A DNA stretch of 64,000 nt from Squalus acanthias (taxonomy: Eukaryota), in contig CM059431.1 of assembly GCA_030390025.1 (NCBI GenBank), positions 102,798,001 to 102,862,000 of the forward strand, read 5' to 3'. The notes under the pieces are model-generated. The model ran no database searches. It saw only the letters and a list, made by a program, of their open reading frames with translations, and was not told the DNA's origin. Below are positions 1-13,842 of this stretch, piece by piece (position 1 is the stretch's first letter; each line of letters starts with the position of its first letter). The translations under genes and the position numbers were made by a program.

Positions 1-88
1 CACAGACCTGAAACGTTAACTCCGTTTCTCTCTCCACAGATGCTGCCTGAGCTGCCGAGTGTTTCCAGCATTTTCTGTTTTTATTCCT
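1..88 (+). mobile_element. Penelope-like terminal repeat fragment with the 3' half of a minimal hammerhead (cut by the window edge)
   Basis: GACCTGAAACGTTAACTC...CACAGATGCTGCCTGA matches the repeat at 25690-25822, 26640-26765 and 54770-54850. Confidence 0.65.
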
Positions 89-145
89 GTACAACACTGG
101 TGGCCACTGCAGTTTCCACTGGTGTCCACTCCCTGCTCAGTGGCA

Positions 146-1087
146 GACTGTAGGAGGTATGATCAGTAAGTTTTCAGATGACACGAAAATTGGTGGGGTG
201 GTAAATAGCGAGGAGGGAAGCCTCAGGCTACAGGACGATATAGACGGGTTGGTCAGATGGGCAGAACAGTGGCAAATGGAATTTAACCCTGAAAAGTGTG
301 AGGTGATGCATTTTGGGAGGACTAACAAGGCAAGGGAATACACAATGAATGGTAGGACCCTAGGAAGGTCAGAGGATCAGAGGGACCTTGGCGTGCATGT
401 ACATAGATCCCTGAAGGCAGCAGGACAGGTAGATAAGGTGGTTAAAAAGGCATATGGGATACTTGCCTTCATTAGCCGAGGCATAGAATATAAGAGCAGG
501 GAGGTTATGATGGAGCTGTACAAAGCGCTAGTTAGGCCACAGCTGGAATACTGTGTGCAGTTCTGGTCGCCACACTATAGGAAGGATGTGATTGCATTGG
601 AGAGGGTGCAGAGGAGATTCACCAGGATGTTACCTGGGCTGCAGCGCTTCAGCTATGAAGAGAGACTGGACAGGCTGGGGTTGTTTTCCTTAGAGCAGAG
701 AAGGCTGAGGGGGGACCTGATTGAGGTGTACAAAATTATGAGGGGCATAGATAGGGTAGATAGAAAGGAACTTTTCCCCTTAGTAGAGGGGTCAATAACC
801 AGGGGGCATAGTTTCAAGGTAAGGGGCAGGAGGGTAAGAGGGGATTTGAGGAAAAACCTTTTCACCCAGAGGGTGGTTGGAATCTGGAACTCACTGCCTG
901 AAAGGGTGGTAGAGACAGGAACCCTCACAACATTCAAGAAGCATTTAGATGAGCACTTGAAACGCCATAGCATACAAGGCTACGGACCAAGTGCTGGAAA
1001 ATGGGATTAGAATAGACAGGGCTTGATGGCCGGCGCGGACACGATGGGCCGAAGGGCCTCTTTCTGTGCTGTATAACTCTATGACTA
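146..1087 (+). mobile_element. 5'-truncated CR1 LINE (C-terminal RT ORF 159-1010 plus 3' UTR)
   Basis: ISKFSDDTK, RPQLEYCVQFWSP and FTQRVVGIWNSLP motifs; short-repeat tail; nearly identical to 53286-54105. Confidence 0.93.
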
Positions 1088-1321
1088 CAGTGCAGGCCAA
1101 AATTCATCCATTTATTCTCACTCCCAGGGAGATGGCAAGTGCTTACTCGACCCATTGCACGTGTTTAAGGTGTGCTGTATTCACCATGTGCACCCTTTGT
1201 CCCCCTCAGCAGCTTTGTCCTCCTCCTCTTCTGCTTTCCCTTCATTACCTGGAACCCGTCCATGCAATCTCCTCATCTATCACTAAATAATGGTATGAAG
1301 TCTCAACGTTCTTTCCTTAAT

Positions 1322-1892
1322 CAACACCAACAACAACAGCTTGCATTTATATAAGCACCTTTAAAGTAGCAAAACGTCCCAAGGCGCGTCATCAGACAAA
1401 AATCTGACACCCAGCCGCATGACCAAAAGGTTGGACGAAGAGGTAGGTCTTAAGGAGCGTCTCAAAGGAGGAGAGAGAGGCGGAGAGGTTTAGGGAGGGA
1501 ATTCCAGAGCTCAGGGCCCAGGCAGCCGAAGGCACGGCCGCCAATGGTGGAGCGATGAAAATCAGGGATGCTCAAGAGGCCAGAATTGGAGGAGCGCAGA
1601 GATCCCGGAGAGTTGCAGGGCCGGAGGAGGTTACAGAGATAGGGAGGGGGCGAGGAGGCCATGGAGGGATTTGAACACAAGGATGAGAATTTTAAAATTG
1701 AGGCATTGCCGGACCGGGAGCCAACGCAGGTCAGCGAGCACAGGGGTAATGGGCGATCGGGACTTGGTGCAAGTTAGGATACGGGCAGCAGAGTTTTGGA
1801 GTAGCTTCAGTTTATGGAGGGTGGAAGATGGGAGGCCGGCCAGGACAGCGTTGGAATAGTCAAGTCTAGAGGTAATAGAGGCACGGATGAGA
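1322..1892 (-). mobile_element. L2-clade LINE 3' fragment
   Basis: [16 protein letters not shown]...LRWLPVRQ...GGRAF motifs; (TTG)n tail. Confidence 0.85.
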
Positions 1893-2529
1893 TGAAAACA
1901 ACAGATTAACTGGTCAATCATCTGATTTGCTGTTTGTAGGACCTTGCTGCGTGCAACTGACGGCTGTGTTTGCTTTCATAACAACAGCGACTATCCTTTG
2001 AAAATTAATTAATTGGTTCAGGTGGGGAGATGGGGGGTCTTCCTTGCTGCGCTCGGAGGAGCCCGGGTCAAGGGAGGCCTGAGGCTTCCTTGTGGGGGCC
2101 TGGAGGAGAACTCTGAGTCTATTTCTATTTGAAATGTTGCTAATCTTGTTTTATATTAGACTGTCTTTAGGATCATTGATAATTTTTCGTACACACAGTT
2201 CTGGCTGACTGTTTGTCTCAGTCTCGTTTGAATAAACTGTAGCTGGCGACTTCAGTTAAAGATAATTATCTAGGTCACACTCAAAGGAAATGTGATTGCA
2301 TTTAATACTAGATTACTGGAAGGATCAGGGGTGGTTTAAATTAATCAGATTATGACCAGTGGGTGTTCAGGAAAAGGGGAAAATGAAACTGTCTGCTTGT
2401 AAGCATTTTTTACTGCTATCATTCTGTAGGCTATATAATCAATAGTACACACACTCAAAATCACATCTTATTGACCAAATTTATTGAATTAAAAAAAATT
2501 ATTGAAAGATTTCTTAATTGGTTGCACAC

Positions 2530-3062
2530 TTCTGGTCTCCATATTATAAAAAGGATACAGAGGCACTGGAGAAGGCGCAATAAAGATTTACAATGCTGAT
2601 ACCAGAACTGAGAGGTTATACTGATCAGGAAAGGCTGAACAGTCTGAGGCTCTTTTCTCTAGGAAAGAGAAGACCTAATAGAGGCCTTTAAAGTTATGAA
2701 GGGGTTCGATAGGGTAGACGTAGAGAAGATGTTTCCACTTGTGGGGGAGACCAAAACTAGGGGTCATAAATATAAGATATTCACTAATAAATCCAATTGG
2801 GAAATCAGGAAAAACTTCTTTACCCAGAGAGTGGTTAGAATGTGGAACCCGCCACCACAAGGTGTGGTTGAGGAGAATAGTATAGATGCATTTAAGGGGA
2901 AGCTGGATAAACACATGAGGGAGAAAGGAATAGAAGGATATGTTGATAGGGTGAGATGAAGAGGAGTGGGAGGAGGCTCGTGCGGAGCATAAACGCCGGC
3001 ATGGACCAGTTGGGCCAAATGGCCTGTTTCTGTGCTGCACATTCTATGTAATTCTATGTAAT
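2530..3062 (+). mobile_element. CR1 LINE 3' fragment
   Basis: ORF 2696-2959 with FFTQRVVRMWN; (ATTCTATGTA) tail. Confidence 0.88.
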
Positions 3063-3406
3063 TACAAGGTAATCAGAAGCAGGTAATACAAGTGCACACA
3101 TCCCTGAAACTGTATACTATAATCAGTGCTACATGCTGCAATTTGAGCTCAAACATCTGCCTCATTGCAACCAGTGCCACTTTGAGCAACGGTTGTCGTA
3201 CATGATAGATTCAGAGAGTCTCAGGAACAACACACACAAGCAAACTCTACAGGGCCCTGGCAGACACGAAGACCTTGATTTTAACTTCCCCCTCCCAACG
3301 ACCCACCCACCATACGGGCAGGAAAGGGCTGGGCAAGCTGATTTTGAAAATGGTGATCCTGCCTCTGACCTACTGCGTTCCCGGCCGCCATAATATTAAT
3401 GACGGC

Positions 3407-4157
3407 AAGTAATGATGGTGAGAAACTATTAAATGTTAGTGTTCAGTGAGATTTAGGTGTCCTCGTACGGGAAACACAGAAAGTTGCATTGCAGGTACAG
3501 CAAGCAATTAGGAAGGCAAATGGCATGTTGGACTTTATTGCAAGGGGTTTGGAGTACAAGAGTAAGGAAGTCTTACTACAATTGTACAGGGTTTTGGTGA
3601 GACCGTACCTGGAGTATTGTGCACAGTTTTGGTCTCCTTATCTGAGAAATGATATACTTGCCTTAGAGGCGGTGCAATGAAGGTTCACTAGATTGATTCC
3701 TGGGATGAGAGGGTTGTCCTATAAGGACAGATTGAGTAGATTAGGCCAATACTCTCAGGAGTTTAGAAGAATGAGAGGTGATCTAATTGAAACGTATAAG
3801 ATACTGAGGGGGATTGACAGGGTAGATGCAGAGAGGTTGTTTCCCCTGGCTGGAGAGTCTAGAACTAGCGGGCATAGTCTCAGGATAAGAGGTCGTCCAT
3901 TTAAGACTAAGATGAGGAGGAATTTCTTCACCCAGAAGGTTGTGAATCTTTGGAATTCTCTACCCCAGAGGGCTGTGGCTGCTGAGTCATTGAGTATATT
4001 CAGGGCTGAGATCAATAGATTTTTAGACTCTAGGGGAATCGGGAGGGAAAGTGGAGTTGAGGTCGAAGATCAGCCATGATCTTATTGAATGGCGGAGCAG
4101 GCTCGAAGGGCCGTATGGCCTACTTCTGCTCCTCCTTCTTATATTCTTATGTTATGT
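3407..4157 (+). mobile_element. CR1 LINE 3' fragment nested in the Harbinger element
   Basis: ORFs 3489-3680 and 3693-4079 encode the CR1 RT C-terminus; (TTCTTATG) tail. Confidence 0.88.
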
Positions 4158-5044
4158 TCGTTGAATCTCCCGCTGTAGAGAGGCCGGAGGCTCATGAATA
4201 AATGCAAATTAAGGTCCTAAGATGCAATTATGGCCCCAATGAGATTTAAACTGCTGCTGCACGGACCCTGGCGGGATTGAATCGGGACTGCTTTGTGTGC
4301 TGAATGTAAAAGGACCACAATGTCAATAAAGCTGCAACATTCACAGGTGCTCTCTCACTTCATTGTGGCCTGTGATTCTGTAATCACTGTTGGGTTTTAC
4401 TAGCACTTGGGAGAATCTTCATCAAAGCTGAGTATGGGCATTGCTTTCGCTGAACTCTACTGGAGTGAAGAAGAGGAGGAGGAGGAAGAGGAGCAGCAGC
4501 AAAGGCATGATGAAGAAGGAGCTGCAAGGGGGCCACAGAGAAGGCAGCAAAGGGGGAAAAGTTCCCAGAAGGCTCTACCCACCACACTGTCTAAAGACGG
4601 AGGCTTAGCTTCCTTGACCTATCTGAGGAGCAGTGCTTCAGGATGCTGAGATTGTCAAGGCAGGTAGACGTGGATCTCCGCAGCCTCCTGGAAGAAGACC
4701 AGCTGCCTGCTGGAGCGGACGGGCATGCAATACTAGTAGCAGTGAAAGTGACTACTGCCCTCAACTTTTAGGCCTCTGGATCCTTCCAGACTGCCACGCG
4801 GGAACATCTTGAAGTGTCGTGGTCTGACAAACCAGTCAGGGATGTTATATTTGCCAGGGCCAGCCAATATATCTCATTCCCAAATGATGACAGCAGTCAG
4901 ACTGAGAGAGCATTTGGTTTTGCAGCTCTGGCGGGCTTTCCGCAAGTGCAGGGTGCGATTTGACTGAACATATGTAGCCATGTAACCATCAAACTAGAGA
5001 GGTCGCACAACACCAGGTTATAGTCCAACAGTTTTATTTGAAAT

Positions 5045-5085
5045 CACAAGCTTTCGGAGCTATCGATTTGCTCCTTCCTCAGGTG
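5045..5085 (-). ncRNA. Minimal type I hammerhead ribozyme motif (family B) in a Penelope-like fragment (about 4994-5087)
   Basis: Minus strand reads CAC-CUGAGGA-A-GGAGC[loop]GCUCC-GAAA-GC-UU-GUG. Confidence 0.65.
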
Positions 5086-6616
5086 AAGCCAGGAGCCCTT
5101 GTTAACAGCAAGGGCTTCCACTGCATCAATGTGCAACTGGTAAGCAACCACAAAAAGAGGTTCATGCAAGTATGTGCTCGCTACCCAGGGAGCTGCCACG
5201 ATGCCTTAATTTTAAGGCAGTCCAATTTGCCCCTATTGTTTCTACCTGGAACCAGTCTTACAGGATGGCTGCATGGGAACAATGGATACCCCCTTCTACA
5301 ATGGCTGATGACACCCTTTCGAAACCTCACCACTCTGCAACAGAACAGGTACAACAGCATTACCACAAGGTGCATCCTAGAGCAGGCCATCGCGATGCTC
5401 AAATTAAGGTTCAGGTGCCTTGATGGGTCAGGAGGCTCCCTGCAATATTCGCCAGCCAGAGTCTCCAGAATAATTGTGGCATGCTGCACCCTGCATAACA
5501 TCACTCAACAGAGAGGACTGGAGGTGCAGGAGGAAGGCAGGGCGCAGGACTCATCATCCGACAAGGAAGAGGATGGTGAAGATAACGCTGGAGGACATGA
5601 TGGGACGGCGTGAGCAACCTCTTGCGGCCCGAGATGCAAGGGATGTCCTCATAGCCCAGCCCTTCACATGGACACCTCCTTCTCCTCCCACTCTTCTGTG
5701 ACCAGACCCTCTCCCTGCAACTTTCATCCATTGTTTTTGAATCCTCCAGTTTGTTACCTTAAAGCCATTGCACAAACTTCCACATCAAGGCTACAATGAC
5801 AAGGCAGACATAGAACTTGCCTTGAAAGCACAGTGCACACAAAAGTGAAAAGGGTTTTAATGCGCACAGGGAAACAAATGGTTCCAAATCAAGTGTCAAC
5901 CCTAAGTGCTCTCTTTAACTGATGGCTTCCTAGGTCTCGGAAGTGAAAGTACTAGCAACGGAGACAAGGCAATTCGGATAATCCTAAGGAACTGAAAAAA
6001 AACCAGTTGAAACTTTGCTGCAGGATCATACAACAAGCTTAATCAGGAATAGCAGAGAAATTAATTTGTATTTGCGGTTTTCTTGTACTGTAACTGGTTT
6101 AGAAAACAGAATTATTGACCGGTACTAGTGTTTCAGGAGCTTGCTTGCTCTTGGTAAAAATGGCCCAATGCACAAATACGGCTGGCATCTTTTGACCGAC
6201 TCTAGTGAGTGCGATGCACTAACGTTAAGAGTTCATTTTCTTCACTAGGAAAACCTGTAGTTAACGTGCTCTCTGCTGATCCAGAACTAATGTAAGAAAC
6301 ACTTACGGGGAGATTGATTCGGCAAATAACAAGTTATTCATCAGATAGCAGGTGAAGAGGCTGATCAATAACCTGTCAATATTTAGCTGGAGACCACTGA
6401 GTTTTGGATTGATGGATTAATTAAAGTTTGCTTTTTTTTTCTTCCCTTCACACTTTATTGCCAAGGGAAAGTTCAACAACAGTGCATTCACTTTAAAAGG
6501 GCTGATATTGGAAATCATAGTCAAAGTAAACTAAAATTAGATCTTCTAGGGATGTCTATTTTAATCTATTGTAAAAAAAAGTTACGTGAAGGATACATCT
6601 TAACCAGTATGTTGTT

Positions 6617-7097
6617 ATAGAATCACAGAAGAATAGAATGGTTACAGCTCAGAAGGAGGCCATTCGGCCCGTCGAGCCCGTGCCGGCTCTCTGCAAGAGC
6701 ACTTCAGCTAGTCCCACTCCCCCGCCCTTTCCCCGTAGCCTTGCAAATTTTTTTTCCTTCAGGTACTTATCCAATTCCCTTTTGAAAGCCATGATTGAGT
6801 CTGCTTCCACCACCCTTTCAGGCAGTGCATTCCAGATCCTAACCACTTCGTGCGTAAAAAAGTTTTACCTCATGTCGCCTTTGGTTCTTCTGCCAATCAC
6901 CTTAAATCTGTGTCCTCTGGTTCTCGACCCTTCCACCAGTGGGAACAGTCTCTCTCTATCTACTCTGTCCGGACCCCTCATGATTTTGAACACCTCTATC
7001 AAATCTCCTCTCAACCTTCTCTGCTCTAAGGAGAACAACCCCAGCTTCTCCAGTCTATCCACGTAACTGAAGTCCCTCATCTCTGGAATCATTCTCT
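6617..7097 (-). mobile_element. CR1 LINE 3' fragment
   Basis: ORFs 6865-7092 and 6649-6846. Confidence 0.88.
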
Positions 7098-7714
7098 TGT
7101 TAAATCGGAACTATTTTTTTTACCTTGCTATATGTATTTTTTTTTTATTTCTTTCTGTTATTTGCAAGCTACACCCATCTCCAGCCATCATTCTTTAGTT
7201 GCAAATGAGATACAGCCAGCAATCAGAACCATTACATGATGTGTTGACAAGAAGCGTGATTCCAGTGGTGTGAGATGGGCATGCTATCCCTGTTTCCCTT
7301 TGTGGAACACATCTACAGGTTTGACTGAGAACACTTGAGATAACATGAGCAAGTCCTGCTAAGAACCCTTCCTCCTTCCCTGTCCTTCAAACCCAAAGCA
7401 TGAATAAAAACATATGCCCCAAGAGGGTGACTGCATAAATCTGAAGGAGACAATTGCAGTTTAAGGAATAACCATTAGGTGTTCATGAAATGTATAACAT
7501 AAGCTCGATGTAACTGGAAGACAGGCAGGAAGTCAAGATACTGCTCAGATTTACTTAAGATTAATACAGAATTTAACTGAAAAGCATTGACAGTTCTTAC
7601 CGCATAATTCATTCAGTGTAAGATAGAGGGGTTGTGCTTCAACAATGCGCACAGTGAGTGGAGCTCAGGCTGTGTCTACACAGACGTCAGAACCATGATT
7701 TCTGTATCTTTAAT

Positions 7715-8140
7715 GCGCTGGTTCAAAATTCTCATCCATGTTTTCGAATCCCTCCATGGCCTCGCCCCTCCCTATCTCTGTAATCTCCTTCAGCCCCACA
7801 ACCACCACCCCCCTCCACCTCCCCGAGATATCTGCGCTCCTCTAATTCTGCCCTCTTGAGCATCCCTGATTATAATTGCTCAACCATTGGTGGCCGTGCC
7901 TTCAGCTGCCTAGGCCCTAAGCTCTGGAATTCCCTGCCTAAACCTCTCTGCCTCGCTACCTCTCTCTCCTCCTTTAAGACACTCCTTAAAACCGACCTCT
8001 TTGACCAAGCTTTTGGTCACCTGCCCTAATTTCTCCTTATGTGGCTCGGTGTCAAATTTTTTGTCTTATAATACTCCTGTGAAGCGCCTTGGGACGTTTT
8101 CCTACGTTAAAGGCGCTATATAAATACAAGTTGTTGTTGT
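7715..8140 (+). mobile_element. L2-clade LINE 3' end
   Basis: FKILIHVFESLHGLAPPYL; GGCGCTATATAAATACAAG(TTG)n tail. Confidence 0.85.
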
Positions 8141-8242
8141 TGGTGGTTGTTTGCCTGACCAGTAACTGTTGTTGTGGCATCAAGTGCTGCTGTCAGTGTC
8201 CTGATCAAGACCTTTGCTGGCTCATTGCTGGTGTTTCCAGGC

Positions 8243-8945
8243 ATAGAAACATAAAAACATAGAAAAATAAGAGCAGGAGTAGGCCATTCGGCCCTTCGAG
8301 CTTGCTCCTCCATTCAACACGATCATGGCTGATCCTCTATCTCAATACCATATTCCCCCCTCTCTCCCCATACCCCTTGATGCCTTTTGTGTCTAGAAAT
8401 CTATCGATCTCCCTCTTAAATATATTCAGTGACTTGGCCTCCACAGCCTTCTGTGGTAGAGAATTCCAAAGATTCACCACCTTCTGAGTGAAGAAATTTC
8501 TCCTCATCTCAGTCCTAAATGTCCTACCCCGTATCCTGAGACTGTGACCCCTCGTTCTAGACCCCCCCAGCCAGGGGAAACATCCTCCCTGCATCCAGTC
8601 TGTCTAGCCCTGTCAGAATTTTATACGTTTCAATGAGATCCTCTTTCATTCTTCTAAACTCTAGTGAATACAGGCCTAGTCGACCCAATCTCTCCTCATA
8701 CGACAGTCCTGCCATCCCAGGGATCAGTCTGGTGAACCTTCGCTGCACTCCCTCTATGGCAAGTATATCCTTTCTTAGGTAAGGCGACCAAAACTGCACA
8801 CAGTACTCCAGGTGTGGTCTCACCAAGGCCCTGTACAACTGTAGTAAGACATCCTTGCTCCTGTACTCAAATCCTCTTGCAATGAAGGCCAACATACCAT
8901 TTGCCTTCCTAACTGCTTGCTGCACCTGAATGTTTGCTTTCAGTC
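8243..8945 (-). mobile_element. CR1 LINE 3' fragment
   Basis: ORFs 8557-8925 and 8337-8594. Confidence 0.88.
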
Positions 8946-9660
8946 AGATCTATGCTGCAGGTCACCTGATTGTAGAATGAACGCAGAAGGAGGCCATTTG
9001 GCCCATCGTGCCTAGGCCGGCTCCTTTGCATGAGTTATCCCATTAGTCGCACTCCCCTGCTCTTTGCCCAAAGCCCTGCAAATTTTTCCTTTCCATGCAA
9101 AATGATTCAATGTTGTTGGAATATAACAGTTATCACAGTATGAAGTGATTTCTTATTAGTAAGAAACGGCCTTTATTTTCCTCTTTGTTGAAAAAGGGGC
9201 TAAATGCTTATTTTTCTCCCATTGCTTTACAGAATGGTTGAAGCATTTACATTTGAAATGTCCAGTTTCATTGAATAGAATTGTTAGCAGCCAAACAAAC
9301 TACCTAGCAGTAAAACACATTAAATACATACACCTCAGGCGCAAAAGATAATCGCAACGGCCTAGAAATTGGTACACACCAACTGGGTGCAGGGAACGAT
9401 TCCTTGCACTGGAAGGTGCAGGCCCAAGGCACACCCGATATTGGGCCTCGGGCCTCACTGACACCAAACCAGCGAGCGGCAGACACCTACCGGGCGCTCC
9501 CAGGTAGCTCGCCGGCGGAGGATTTCAATTTTGGGTCGCTGCGTCCCTGCCAGCAGCCCTCAAGTAGGTCAGGGAGAGGGGTGCGGAAGAAGCGATCGGG
9601 AGCGAGGGTGATCAGTGGGGGGAGAACTGAGGGGGACAGCAACGGTCGTTGGCACTGCAG

Positions 9661-10130
9661 TGTCAGCCGTGGCTCAGTGGGTAGCACTCTCGCCTCTGAG
9701 TCAGAAGGTTGTGGGTTTAAGCCCCACTCCAGAGACTTGAGTACAAAAATCTAGGCTGACGCTCCCAGTGCAGTGCTGAGGGAGCGCTGCACTGTCGGAG
9801 GTGCCGTCTTTCGGATGACACGTTAAACCGAGGCCCCTCTCAGGTGGATGTAAAAGATCGCACGGCACTATTTCGAAGAAGAGCAGGGGAGTTCTCCCCG
9901 GAGTCCTGGCCAATATTTATCCCTCAATCAACATCACTTAAACAGATTATCTGGTCATTATCACATTGCTGTTTGTGGGAGCTTGCTGTGCGCAAATTGG
10001 CTGCCACGTTTCCTACATTACAACAGTGACTGTACTTTAGAAAAAAGGTACTTCATTGGCTGTAAAGCGCTTTGGGACGTCCGGTGGTCGTGAAAGGCGC
10101 TATATACAGTAGATACAAGTCTTTCTTTTT
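9661..10130 (+). mobile_element. tRNA-derived Deu-domain SINE (SacSINE1/AmnSINE1-like)
   Basis: A-box TGGCTCAGTGG; core GGAGGTGCCGTCTTTCGGATG; L2-like tail; at least five further copies in the window. Confidence 0.8.
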
Positions 10131-10296
10131 CTTTTCTCCCGTCTTCACATTCAGCCAAGTATTTTTTTTAAATGTACCTTTCTGGTGGCGGCCTCCAGTG
10201 GTCCCTTTAAGGACCAGCGGTTAGGCTGCACGTAGACCACGTTTGGTGCCAGCTGCATTCAGTTTTGCAAGGGGAGTGGGGGGGGAGGGGGGGCGG

Positions 10297-10608
10297 TCAC
10301 AGAATCACAGAATCCCCGCAGTGCAGATAGAGGCCATTTCGGCCCATCGAGCCTGCTCCGACACATATCCCACCCTATCCCCGTAACCCCACGTATTTAA
10401 TCCCCCTAACACTAAGGGTTAATTTATCATAGCCAAATCAACCTAACCCGCACATCTTTGGACTGTGGGAGGAGACCGGAGTACCCGGAGGAAACCCACG
10501 CAGACACGGGGAGAATGTGCAAACTCCACACAGACAGTCACCCGAGGCCGGATTCGAACCCGGGTCCCTGGCGATGTGAGGCAACAGTGCTAACCACTAT
10601 GCCACCGT
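10297..10608 (-). mobile_element. V-SINE (HE1-like)
   Basis: tRNA head GGTGGCATAGTGGTTAGC...GGTTCGAATCC; V-domain TGTGTGGAGTTTGCACATTCTCCCCGTGTCTGCGTGGGTTTCCTCCGGG; CR1-like tail. Confidence 0.82.
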
Positions 10609-11761
10609 GTGGTCCTCAGACAAGGCATCAGGCCACCTATTTGCATATGGCGGGCAGTACAATTCCGGCGTGGAATGGGCCTCTCAATTCCTGGTGTGGG
10701 GCGCAAACCCACAATCCTCTGAGCCAGGCACAGGACTGCTGCTAGCTGAGCCAACCTGATGCATGTCCGGAATCATTGATCGCGAATTGTTCCATTCCGT
10801 AGAGCAGTGGGGTACCAACGTGTTCTACCAATGTGCCACCAAACCGTTATATAAGCGGCCCTATTTTCAATTCCATTGCTTTTACACCCGGGCAGTGAAT
10901 TGAAAATCCACCCCATTGTTCTGAAGTACATCTAAAAGCCACACTTTCTCGGCCTTCCTTAACTCTGTGACTAATTTATAGACAATAGAATCAGGCGTTG
11001 CATTATTCCCTGCACTGGCTGCTAACTATTGACCCTATTGTCCTGAGTTGATATTTCTAACACTGCAGCCAACTGAGATTTATGCTAATTACTTCCAAAT
11101 CCGGTAGACAAAAAAAAGGAAATTTAAAGTTGAATCTACTTGGTATTGAGCATTGCTTAAAAGAAAATTAAAACAAATGATAAAGAAACAAATAGAATTC
11201 AGTTTAAAAATGTAACAAATCGACTAGGGGGAAAAGGGGGCTTTAATTCGCTTTAGTCATTGGAGACCAGGGGGGCGATTTTCTGCCGTCGGAGGAAGTG
11301 GGTTTGGAGGCGGGAAAGGCGGGAAAATCAGATTCAATGAGGGTGAGTTTGGAACCCGTCCCCAACCTGCCTCCGCGGGATTTTGCCGGTGCCGGTTTTG
11401 GAGGTCGGGAAACGGTCCCGCCTCCAGCTGGCCATAGCGATACTTGTCATCATTAAATGCTCGTTAAGGGCCTCTCTAAGCCTATTTTGAGAGGCCCTCG
11501 TGATTTTTCGATGATTTCGGCATGCTCCATGCACCTCCTGAACCACGCCAGGTAAACCTGGTGGGTTGACTCGTGGGTGGCCTCCTCACAGCTGCAGGTC
11601 TAACGAGACATCGCTTATTGCAGCAAGGATTACTTGCAGGTGCCAGACCCTGGCTTTAAAAGGTCTCTGAGCACTTTTAGAAGGCCTTCCGAAGTCCGAG
11701 GTGCTGCAGCTTGAAGCAATCAACTGTGGGACCTCCTTGGAGGACCCTCTCCCCGTTTGCA

Positions 11762-13148
11762 ATGAGCGCTTCCCCAAAAGAGGCATCTGCAAGCAGCATG
11801 GGAACCATTCGTTTTCTTACTGCATGGACTTCAGATGAGGATGAGGACCATCCAGGGCAGCAGCAGAACCAGGCAGCTCAGGAGCAACACCAGCAGGAGC
11901 CCCAACCTCCTGCTCAGGCAGCTCAGGAGCAACACCAGCAGGAGCCCCAACCTCCTGCTCAGGCAGCTCAGTAGCAACAGCAGCAGGAGCCCCAACCTCC
12001 TGCTCAGCCACCTGATGCTGCACAGGGCAGAAGGCACCAGCGCATCGAGGCACCTCGCCGCAGGAGATACCCCCGACAGAGGGTTTACAGACAAAGGATG
12101 AGCTACCTCAACGTGAGTGAGCAGCAGTGCCAAAGGAGGCTGAGACTTTCACGAGAGGTTGTCCGAGAGATCTGCGGCCTGCTGCAGCAAGACCTGGTGC
12201 CCAGAGGAATGGGTGGACACCCCTTACCAGTGGCTGTCAAAGTCACCACCGCACTCAACTTCTTTGCCTCAGGCTCCTTCCAGGGATCATCAGCAGATAT
12301 CAGCGGCATCTCCCAGTCGGCCGCCCACAGTTGCATCACGCAGGTTACCGAAGCCCTTTTGCTAAGGCCCACAATTACATCCAGTTCACAAGGGATCAAG
12401 CAAGTATAACCGCCTGTTCGGTTGGCTTTGCAAATATGGCAGGCATGCCAATGGTGCAGGGCATCATAGACTGCACACATGTGGCCCTCAGGGCACCCCA
12501 TCACAACACAGCTATCTTTGTCAACTGAAAGGGCTTCCACTCCCTCAACGTTCAGCTGGTGTGTAACCACAAGAAGGAGTTCTTGCATGTTTGCGCCAAG
12601 TTCTGTGGTAGTTGCCATGACTCTTTCATCCTGCGTCACTCTAGTGTTCCTCCGCTTTTCAATCCACCAAACCAACTTAACGGATGGCTCCTTGGTGACA
12701 AAGGCTACCCCCTGAAGAAGTGGCTAATGACGCTGATCAGGAGGCCAGCTAATGAGGCTGAAGAGCGCTACAACGCCAGCCACACTTCGACCAGGTCCAT
12801 CATCGAGCAAACCATTGGGTTGTTGAAGATGCGCTTCCGATGCCTTGACTGATCAGGTGGAGCCCTGCAGTATACACCATACAGGGTCTCCAGAATGGTC
12901 GTGGTCTGCTGTACACTGCACAGTGTCGTGGCTTGCAGCTTCCTGATGAGCAAGCGGCTCAGTTCCAGCCCTCTTCAGATGATGAGGAGGAGGAGGCTGA
13001 GGAGAAGGAGCAACAGGAGGAGGAGGAGGAGCAGGAGGAGGAGGAGGAGCAGGAGGAGGTCAGAGCGCCGGTGTATCGACTAGCACCAACGGCAGCACGC
13101 GAGCACATGGCTGCCCAGGATGAACTTATCCTGGCCAGATTTGCATAG
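11762..13148 (+). pseudogene. Harbinger (HARBI1-like) DDE transposase, disrupted
   Basis: [48 protein letters not shown] and [16 protein letters not shown] motifs; in-frame stops and frameshifts. Confidence 0.85.
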
Positions 13149-13313
13149 GTTGCCCAAGTTGGCACATGTCCTTGGCTCCATCCTAGGACATCATTGACAA
13201 TGGACATGACTCTCTGGCCACCAACCTGACAATGCAAGTGTCGCGGAGCCCGCAATGTGGAGCTGCCTAAGGCGAAAGAACAGATGCCATGACGCCAACA
13301 TTTTGGCTTCAAA

Positions 13314-13553
13314 TCATTTTAATGCTTTCCAAATGGGATGGCATTTCATCAATACACATAAACATTCTCCCAATCTGCACACAGATCTGGAGGTTATATC
13401 CCTTGCCAGCTGGACCCACAGAGGTCTGTTTGGCAGGCCTCTTCCTCCAGATAAGTGGAAGAGCACCTCCATGCTAGCTGTCACCCCCTCAAACAACTTT
13501 TGCAGCGCCTCATCCGAGAGCCTCGGGGAGACCCTTGCCTTGGAATTGGGCAT
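13314..13553 (-). pseudogene. Truncated Harbinger Myb/SANT-like DNA-binding protein
   Basis: MPNSKARVSPRLSDEALQKLFEGV...LWVQLARDI resembles the trihelix Myb domain; lies inside the TIRs opposite the transposase. Confidence 0.6.
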
Positions 13554-13842
13554 AGTGGTTTCTCAAAATATATTGCAGGTGGTGCAGCATAGGCAGAAAT
13601 GCTGTGGAATTAGCCAAGGGAGCAAGAAGCCATAAAATCAGACTGGAAAAATGCTGTCAACAGAGGCGGGTTTCAGTCCCAAAACACTAATTGACCAAGG
13701 GCATCCCACACCTCTGAAATCAAGTGGCCAATCATGGGAAAATCTCAATTTTTTGGAAACTATCATTGGAGGCGGGTTTCAAACCCACCCAAACTGAAAC
13801 CCGCCTCCATCTCGCCTCCAGTGAGAAAATCGCCCACCAGGG

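Larger units (their letters stand above)
3270..5760 (+). mobile_element. Degenerate PIF/Harbinger transposon (HARBI1-like DDE transposase remnants about 4434-5670)
   Basis: FVNxKGFHxINVQLV, ARYPGSCHD, GYPLLQWLMTP, EQAIAMLKLRFRCLD and IIVACCTLHN motifs; stops and frameshifts; ends approximate. Confidence 0.8.
11271..13837 (+). mobile_element. PIF/Harbinger DNA transposon, defective, with both termini
   Basis: TIRs GGGGGCGATTTTCT / AGAAAATCGCCCAC (13/14 match); 3-bp TSD CAG; transposase plus a convergent Myb-like ORF. Confidence 0.88.

Noticed and set aside
4434..5670. Domesticated HARBI1 host gene
   Set aside because: Multiple stops, frameshifts and nested insertions show a decayed transposon.
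9661..9740. tRNA genes at SINE heads
   Set aside because: A/B boxes continue into SINE bodies, with no complete cloverleaf or terminator.
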